Assembly (NCBI RefSeq): GCF_000143415.4
Contig: NW_003314544.1
Coordinates: 1 to 13,984, forward strand
Source: Selaginella moellendorffii
Taxonomy: Eukaryota; Plantae; Lycopodiophyta
DNA length: 13,984 nucleotides
Direction of reading: 5' to 3'
The position numbers were made by a program, and so were the translations under genes. The notes below the pieces were generated by a model. The model was given only the letters and a program-made list of their open reading frames with translations. It was not told the DNA's origin and ran no database searches. Positions 7,734 to 13,984 of this stretch are shown piece after piece. Position 1 is the first letter of the stretch; each line of letters starts with the position of its first letter.

Positions 7734-9389
7734 ATGGCCTCTGCAAGTGCGACGCATGTTCCCTCCGTGGATCTTAAGAACCGTGCTACATGGATTCAGG
7801 CAAAGGTGTTTCTAAACAACCCCGAGGGGGAGGTGGTAGCTGAGGGCTTAGCCATAGTTGTCGATCCAAGAGATGCGGTTGCTAATCAAGAATTGGGCTG
7901 GGATGATATTGGAGTTGCGATTTTAGAGGTTGTTGACACAGAAGAAAACAGTCTGACTATTGGAAGCATTGTGTGGTGGAAATTGAGGCACTTAGTGTTT
8001 GAGAATGTGAAGGATTCACAATCAAACACCACTACAACTGATGACAGAACATCTCTTCATGGGAAAAGAAAGTACACCTTCCTAAAGCGCAGCCAAAGGG
8101 ATCTGAGCAACGAACCGAAAAAGCAGAAAATGGTGATGGAGGTTCGAATGGTCTCGACAGTTGCTTGTTGCAAAAGGAGGTGCTGTCAACATGCTGATTG
8201 GGATGCTATTGAAGAGGAGAGAGCAAGATACAAGACATTGTCCTGGAAGGCAGCTCGCAATTTTGCGTATGAGGCATTACGGTCATCTGTTGATGCTTCA
8301 GAACATCAGGTGGGGGGCATGGTCTTCCAGAGGGGTTTGGTCTGCATGAAGGCATGGAGAATCATTTATGGAGTCCCTCGAACCACATTCTACAGAATCA
8401 AAACTGAGTTCAAGGAACAAAGGGTTCAACAGGCAGTCCATGGGAACGACGGTACTCACAAAACCAGGGGTCATGTTGTATATGGAGAGGCAATCTTCAA
8501 AAGGTTTGTCGAGACATGTAGCGAGCAGCAACCACATAAAACCCGCCTCTTGGAAGATGGAACTCGAGACACCCAACGGGTTCTCCCTTCCATGTATACC
8601 AAGGGGGCCATATTGGAAGATGTGAATTGGAAACTCCAGAGTAATGGCTACAGGAAGCTGAACCAATCTAGATTTAGTAGATTGTGGAGCAACAGGTTCA
8701 GGGATGTGAGTATAGGAAAGTACTCCAGCTTTTCAAAGTGTGACGAGTGCACTGCTATCAAAATGGCTTTGTCGAAGAATTCTTGCATCGCTCAAGAGCG
8801 AGAGACGTTGGTTAGAAGGCGGCTCGACCACAACATCGAGCAGAGAAGTTGCAGGACTGCATATTATCATAACAAGATTCTCTCCATGGAGAGACCTAAC
8901 TCTTACCTCTGCATCATCCACGACAAAATGGACCAGAAAAAGACGTGCTTACCTCGACTCAATCCTGCCCCCAAGGCAATCTCTTCATCCATGCAGCTGC
9001 CTGTGTCTCTGTTTGGCATAATCGCTCATGGGCATGGTGCCCAGAACTATGGGAACTTCTTTGTACCTCTATGGGGTGGCGGGGGTGCAAACATGATGAT
9101 TGCGTCCTTAGCAAAACACTTAAGGTCTCTGCAAAGTGTGCAGACTGAGCTGAACGGCCAACCCTTGCATAAGGCCCTTGTCGATCGAACCCCATACAGG
9201 GTTCAGCTGGAGGAGGAGCAAAGGCTTGCAGTATCGGGTGGGGCCCCATGCCATCCCAGTGAATATGTTGGCTGTCAGATTGTAGGGTTATCACGTGAGG
9301 CCTCATGCCATTCCGACGAGGCTGGTCGCCCGGTGAATGCACAGCCTCATCCAAACGAAGCAGAATCTCAAGGAAGTTCTTGCGGCTGA
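7734..9389 (+). CDS. DDD-type DNA transposase, Sola1-like/DUF7869-type, N-terminal two-thirds
   Basis: 551 aa with CCKRRCC, VCMKAWRIIYGV, HGN, FSRLWSNRFRDVSI, FSKCDEC...H and IIHDKMDQKKTCLP (first catalytic Asp region), then GIIAHGHG and GGANMMI. The next conserved block is in the same frame after the stop. Superfamily assignment is from remembered motifs, not a search. Confidence 0.8.
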   Translation: MASASATHVPSVDLKNRATWIQAKVFLNNPEGEVVAEGLAIVVDPRDAVANQELGWDDIGVAILEVVDTEENSLTIGSIVWWKLRHLVFENVKDSQSNTTTTDDRTSLHGKRKYTFLKRSQRDLSNEPKKQKMVMEVRMVSTVACCKRRCCQHADWDAIEEERARYKTLSWKAARNFAYEALRSSVDASEHQVGGMVFQRGLVCMKAWRIIYGVPRTTFYRIKTEFKEQRVQQAVHGNDGTHKTRGHVVYGEAIFKRFVETCSEQQPHKTRLLEDGTRDTQRVLPSMYTKGAILEDVNWKLQSNGYRKLNQSRFSRLWSNRFRDVSIGKYSSFSKCDECTAIKMALSKNSCIAQERETLVRRRLDHNIEQRSCRTAYYHNKILSMERPNSYLCIIHDKMDQKKTCLPRLNPAPKAISSSMQLPVSLFGIIAHGHGAQNYGNFFVPLWGGGGANMMIASLAKHLRSLQSVQTELNGQPLHKALVDRTPYRVQLEEEQRLAVSGGAPCHPSEYVGCQIVGLSREASCHSDEAGRPVNAQPHPNEAESQGSSCG

Positions 9390-9475
9390 TGTGGCCTTCC
9401 ACCCCATCTTCTGCTCCAAACAGACAATGCTGGCAGTGAGAACAAAAACATGTACGTCTTTGCGTACTTGGCGAT
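9390..9475 (+). pseudogene. In-frame continuation of the transposase after a premature TGA, cut by an LTR insertion
   Basis: After TGA (9387-9389) the same frame reads CGLPPHLLLQTDNAGSENKNMYVFAYLA, the LQxDNxxxENKN second-catalytic-Asp motif. The expected GHTHxDxD-type block is absent because an LTR starts at 9476. Confidence 0.85.
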
Positions 9476-10084
9476 TGTCGCGCATGTGACTTCGGGTATC
9501 GAAAGTTACCTATCGACTAGTCCTTACGGACACTCTTACCTTACTGCCACGATGGCAGGAGGTCGGTATTGCTAGGCCCGTTATTAGTCTCCGCCTAAGC
9601 TAGTTGAGAAATTGGTCATCACATGTGCACTTAGACCGGAAGGGCACTAAGGAAGGAAATCCTAAGTTGTCATTTAGTCAAGCAGACTTGACACGGTGAT
9701 GAGAAACTCATGATGTTGGCTTGCACTTGCTAGTGTTGGGAACCCCCGCGATATTGAGATTGGTCCCTCAATATTCGCTAGGTGATAGCTTACCGTGTCT
9801 GCCAAACACCCTCGCTATCATGCCCTTTGTGTTAGTCTCATTCCGGTCCCAAATGCTATTTATGGAAAGTGTCCAGATTTGCTCATTTGGCATATCTACG
9901 GAATGTAGATATCGGCCTGAATACGATGGTGTTCGTCCCGTGTCCAAATTCGCATTTTAGTGCCATTCCATATTTAGTAAGTTTCAAGCTTGTCCCAGAG
10001 ACTAACTCCTGGTACTAAGGGTAGGCTTGGGGTGAAAGCCCAAAGCGTGTGTTCCTCAAGGGGGGGGGGGGGGCTATGGGGGGT

Positions 10085-10184
10085 NNNNNNNNNNNNNNNN
10101 NNNNNNNNNNNNNNNNNNNNNNNNNNNNNNNNNNNNNNNNNNNNNNNNNNNNNNNNNNNNNNNNNNNNNNNNNNNNNNNNNNNN
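10085..10184. other. Assembly gap (100 N)
   Basis: Exactly 100 N, flanked by G-runs (G14 at 10060-10073, G6 at 10078-10083). Confidence 0.99.
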
Positions 10185-10586
10185 AGTAGGGATAGTGGGT
10201 AGGTCGGGCATGGCCGACCAACCTGAGGCATAGTCTAGCTCCCGCTTGCGTGCCTGTCCTTGTTCTGCGTCTGGCTTGGGTCTAAGCCCAAGTTCCATTC
10301 CATGCTAGTTGGTGGAGTACCCATATCCTCGCGTTAGGCCACCGGTATGCCGAAATAGTGCCAGACTCCGTTTGGCTCCGTTTTGCGTGCTAGTCCTAGC
10401 ATTGGGATGCTGGCTACTCTAGGACTGTTCCAAGTCGCTCCGGGCCCCTATCCCTTCGCTCCTTGGGCTTTATGCTCGAGAGTTGCTCCGTGGTTCGGTT
10501 CCATCACTCCTTGGCTCCATGCTTGGGAGTTTGGCACTGTTCCTTCGTTCAGTGGCCCAAGGCTCTGAACCTCGGGTTCCTATGGA

Positions 10587-10623
10587 CACGTGGCATGTGA
10601 CACGTGGCATCTGTCACGTGGCA
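10587..10623 (+). promoter_or_regulatory. Three tandem G-box/ABRE-like CACGTGGCA motifs at 14-bp period within the LTR
   Basis: CACGTGGCA at 10587, 10601 and 10615. Confidence 0.55.
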
Positions 10624-10698
10624 CAAAGTACCGCTTCGTGGTGTTATCCTATGGTAAATCACCATAGGATAAAGGGTCAAAACCACGTGCGCTACATT

Positions 10699-10710
10699 TG
10701 GTATCGGAGC
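10699..10710 (+). other. Primer-binding site, tRNA-iMet type with one substitution
   Basis: TGGTATCGGAGC versus canonical TGGTATCAGAGC, 2 nt after the LTR-terminal CA. Confidence 0.85.
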
Positions 10711-13700
10711 ATGAGTCTCAGCGAGTACTATTCAATGAGATTGGGCAACTAGTCTCATTGCATACGCAGAGATGAAAACGATGATCCGAGTGGGTACACG
10801 TTTGGGTGCAAAGGCTTCGCAATTGTTCCTTGGGTATGGTTTTGGTTACCTTTTGTACCTAATAATGTGAGCTTGCTCTTGGGCTCATAGGATGGATTTG
10901 GAGATGTTCCGTTTGCACGAGTTTGAGCTTGGGCTCGTGAGTGAGGCACATTAGCAACTCGAGGTTACACTTTGAGTTGGCAGGATTAATGTTACCCTAT
11001 TGGTGGTTCCAGAAGTTGTTCCTTGTACCGTGGGTAAAAGCAAACCTTCCCTGGCTTTGCTATGAGTGGTAAATAGGCTGGTCCGTAGCTATTTAGCACA
11101 GCACTAGTGGATCCTTCCTAGGCATGATTACAAGTGGATCAATTAAGACTATAGGGATTGGTCTATTGGTTCAAGTAGTCATTGCTGTGCTCTCTCATAA
11201 ACTTTTCTTGGATTGGACTAAAGGCAGTGCAAATGCAAGCTTGAGGTTTAGTCAAAGATGAGACCGAAAAGAGAGTCGTCGGGGACGAAGGATCAAACAC
11301 GTAAATCATCTTTTTTTCTTGGAGAGATGATTTGCAACGAGGTGTGACTCATTGCTCGTGTTCACATTATGCAATCAAGAGTCCTTACCTTGATGCATGT
11401 TGGAGATGATAGTTTTACAAATGGTGAGTTGTGGGATGGATAGCGGTGAAGCGCTATACCATTTTGTCTAAGCTTGCTATTGGAAGACTTGGGTTGCAAT
11501 GCTCAATTCTTTCCAGGGAACCTTGCTATTGCTCCTTGAGTAGCTTGGTGTGTTGGATTAGTGTTGAGTTTGGTCGGAAAGAGAATAGCATGAGCTTGTC
11601 CGTGTTGTGAACAAAAGTTAGTGATGTTAAGTGTTGTAAATCTTTATCGGAGGAAGTGTGGCATTTATGTTGCATTTTGTCAAATTGAGTTGACACTTGA
11701 TACTCACATAAACCTTTGAAGTAATGACATTGGCATTGCTCGTGGTGTTGCTTGATTGATGATCAAGACATTGTGATTTCCATATCATATCCATGTGATA
11801 ATAAGCAATGTGTTTACGAAGTTGCTTGTTTAAACGATAATCAACCCCAAAGTGATTGATGGTGATGCTAGTCTACTTACAAGTAGTAGCATTGTAGTAG
11901 CTTTGACTGGATTCTCGAAGGTGGACCATTATGCTAATCTTAAGTTGGTTCCTTGTTCCTTGAGGGTTTGCCCAATAGGTGTTGGAAAAGGGTTGTAGCA
12001 TTCATTTGCTATAGCTTGTTAGTTTATCCGTTAGCACTTGGAGTAGATTATTGGATGGAGAAGGTGTGTAGTTGAGGCATTGACATTGTTAGCACTTGTG
12101 CTAGTGGAGATGATATTGTTATTTCGAGTGATGAGGAATTTTCCTTAAGCTTGATTTTCCATGTCATTTTTCTTGTTAGTGTTTTGGCTTCACATTGGAT
12201 CTTGAAGGTGGTTGAAGAAGAGTGTTAGTGCAATATGGATATTCAAAGATGTGGTCTTTGTAATCAAGCCTTGGATGTTCCATTTGCATTTTATGGATGT
12301 CGATGTTGGATGTCGGAAGTATGGGCAAAAAGATGTTCGATGCTTAAGCATGCTATTGGGTCTTGAGAATTTGTGTTGAGGTGAACTTATATGAAGTTGT
12401 TGGTAGGAGAAAGTTGGTTGAGTCTTGAAAGTTTGTGTTCCTGGACTGAAAGTCATTCTTTCTCTAGGATGGAAAAATTTTCCACAAATTTTTCTTAGAC
12501 TTTTCCAATGGCTAATCTATTGGTCACTTTGTCCGAAAACCTTTCCGTTTCGTAAGCCAGTACAAACTAGTGAAGGGTTGAAGTTGACTTCGGTTAGCTT
12601 AGACCTTAGTAGGTAGTTTGTATGATGCGACCCGAAAGGGATGCTGACTTTTGGGGCTAAGGCAATTGAGTTGGATAGAGTCTGGAATTGGTGTAGAAAA
12701 GTGGCTATTGCGCTTTTCTAGAAAGGTGACCCTTGTACCTTTCTTTTGTAGCATTATGCTTGGTGGCAGGTTGCACCTTGCATTCCGTTAGACTCTATGA
12801 GAGTAGTGAGCTCTTACTGATCTTGACTTGGTCTCGGTGGCTTTGCGCCTTGGCTAAGGATGGTGATGTCCAACTTAGTTGTTTGAAGTTGAGATGTTGG
12901 TACCCATACTATAGCTTTGTCTATGAAGAGATTGTGTACCGATATAGATCCATCTCATGGTCTTCGCTTTAGTTTCGACTGAGTGTTGATCATGCATAGC
13001 TAGCCTCTTCAAGGCATGCTCAGAGCTATTGGCTAAACGTGTTAGTGAGTTTATCGCGGTTGAATTGGATTTGAGTGGTCATTTAGTTTGTGCTTGTCCA
13101 TGAACCTTTATCTCAACCTGGGGATATTAGACAAGTATATAACTCGATGGTATGAGTTTAGTGTTTGGGTCTTGTGAAAGCAAGTTGAAAGAGTGATTGT
13201 TAGTTGCTTTGCGACTAGTGATTGCTTGTAGACTTTGTCAAAGGCTTTTGACACTTGCTTCACTTGATGATGATTTAGCAGTGATGGGTTTACTTTACCG
13301 GATGGTGTTGCGGAGGATCATGTCATTTGACTTACGTGGGTTTTCCATGTTGGCATGTCGACTCTACCTCTATTGATATCATTTAGTTGTGTTTAGTTCA
13401 TAGTGTTGGATTTCATTGAATCTTGGACATGGTGATTCACTCCTTGAGGAAGTGTTATCTGTAACTGAGTTTTGCTGAAGAATTGGTTTTGGATACTGAG
13501 TAAAGTATCTTCGACCTTGGTTAGCTTGGTTGCTAGAAAGTTTTGAGTGGTGATTCACTCTTACTTTCTTTTAGCTTTGTTATGGTGTTGATGACATTGA
13601 AGTGATGCCTTGTCGTTGACAATATTGATGTTGAGATTTAAGTGAAATGAGATGTCTCTCTCTCAATTGATATTAAGTTTCATTAGTCTCAGTAGAGATA

Positions 13701-13984
13701 GTGTTGATGATTTGGCACTGACTTTGTGTTATTAGCATTCAAGCATTTGCTAGTTAGCAACTATATTAACGTTCAAATGAACTAAGTGGCAAGTTTGAGT
13801 TAGTTGTGTTCTAGACGAGATTATTTAATAGGGGTTGAGTTCTGGCTTTTCCTTGAAAGGTGATTCAGTCATGGACTATGCTAACTCTACAAGCAGAAGA
13901 GTTAGTGATTGCTATTGGAATATTTAAATCCTTATTGGATTTGAGTTAGAATATATCGATCATTGATGATTCTTCTTGTGCTTG

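Larger units (their letters stand above)
3976..9311. repeat. Dispersed 22-bp palindromic motif family ATGGCRTG-WGGCCW-CAYGCCAT, 11 copies
   Basis: Copies start at 3976, 5253, 5313, 5390, 6805, 6877 (3-nt insertion), 7462 (ATGGCATGAGGCCACATGCCAT), 7560, 7630, 9233 and 9290. None was seen in either LTR element. Confidence 0.9.
3257..9475. mobile_element. Internal portion of a two-gene DNA transposon (divergent ParB-like gene plus DDD transposase); termini not in window
   Basis: The segment is bounded by two LTR insertions. It contains a transposase and a divergent accessory gene, and one palindromic motif family runs through both genes and the spacer. No TIR/TSD is visible, so the single-element model is an inference. 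Confidence 0.65.
9476..10696 (+). repeat. 5' LTR of a second LTR retrotransposon (about 1.2 kb, includes assembly gap)
   Basis: Begins TGTCGCGCATGTG and ends CACGTGCGCTACA (reverse complement TGTAGCGCACGTG, an 11/13 terminal inverted repeat). It is followed by TT and a PBS. Its start coincides with loss of transposase homology. Predicted TSD is GCGAT (9471-9475). Confidence 0.8.
9476..13984 (+). mobile_element. Second LTR retrotransposon (LTR, PBS and a long ORF-less internal region); superfamily undetermined; runs off the right edge
   Basis: LTR and Met-type PBS are present. 10711-13984 is G/T-skewed, with no ORF of 90 codons or more and no recognisable gag/pol motif. Confidence 0.7.

Noticed and set aside
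3257-9475. Bacterial plasmid or phage contamination as the source of the ParB-like gene
   Set aside because: GT-AG introns, plant-type LTR insertions with Met PBS directly in both genes and a eukaryotic-type transposase argue for a nuclear plant locus.
9721-12972. Short ORFs in the second LTR and internal region, including those crossing the N-run
   Set aside because: They are under 90 aa with no motifs, and several are artefacts of the gap.

Overview
Eukaryotic, almost certainly plant, nested-transposon locus. tRNA-iMet PBSs, a CCCTAAA telo-box and a 54-nt GT-AG intron point to a plant; a non-seed plant is only an inference. The core (about 3257-9475) looks like the inside of a two-gene DNA transposon. 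On the minus strand is a gene for a ParB/Srx-like-domain protein. Divergent from it on the plus strand is a Cys-rich DDD-type transposase (Sola1-like/DUF7869-type motifs) with an N-terminal CACTA-TnpA-like domain. Both genes are cut by LTR retrotransposons. On the left is a Ty3/gypsy element (minus strand; 165-bp LTR 3092-3256, PBS, gag-PR-RT-RNaseH ORF). On the right is a second LTR element (plus strand; LTR 9476-10696 spanning an assembly gap, PBS, then over 3 kb without a long ORF). The most notable unexplained signal is 11 copies of a 22-bp near-perfect palindrome (ATGGCRTG-WGGCCW-CAYGCCAT). I found them only in the DNA-transposon core, mostly in predicted introns and intergenic DNA. Beside a ParB-like gene they suggest a parS/ParB-like or VANC-like self-recognition system in a plant transposon; this is a hypothesis.
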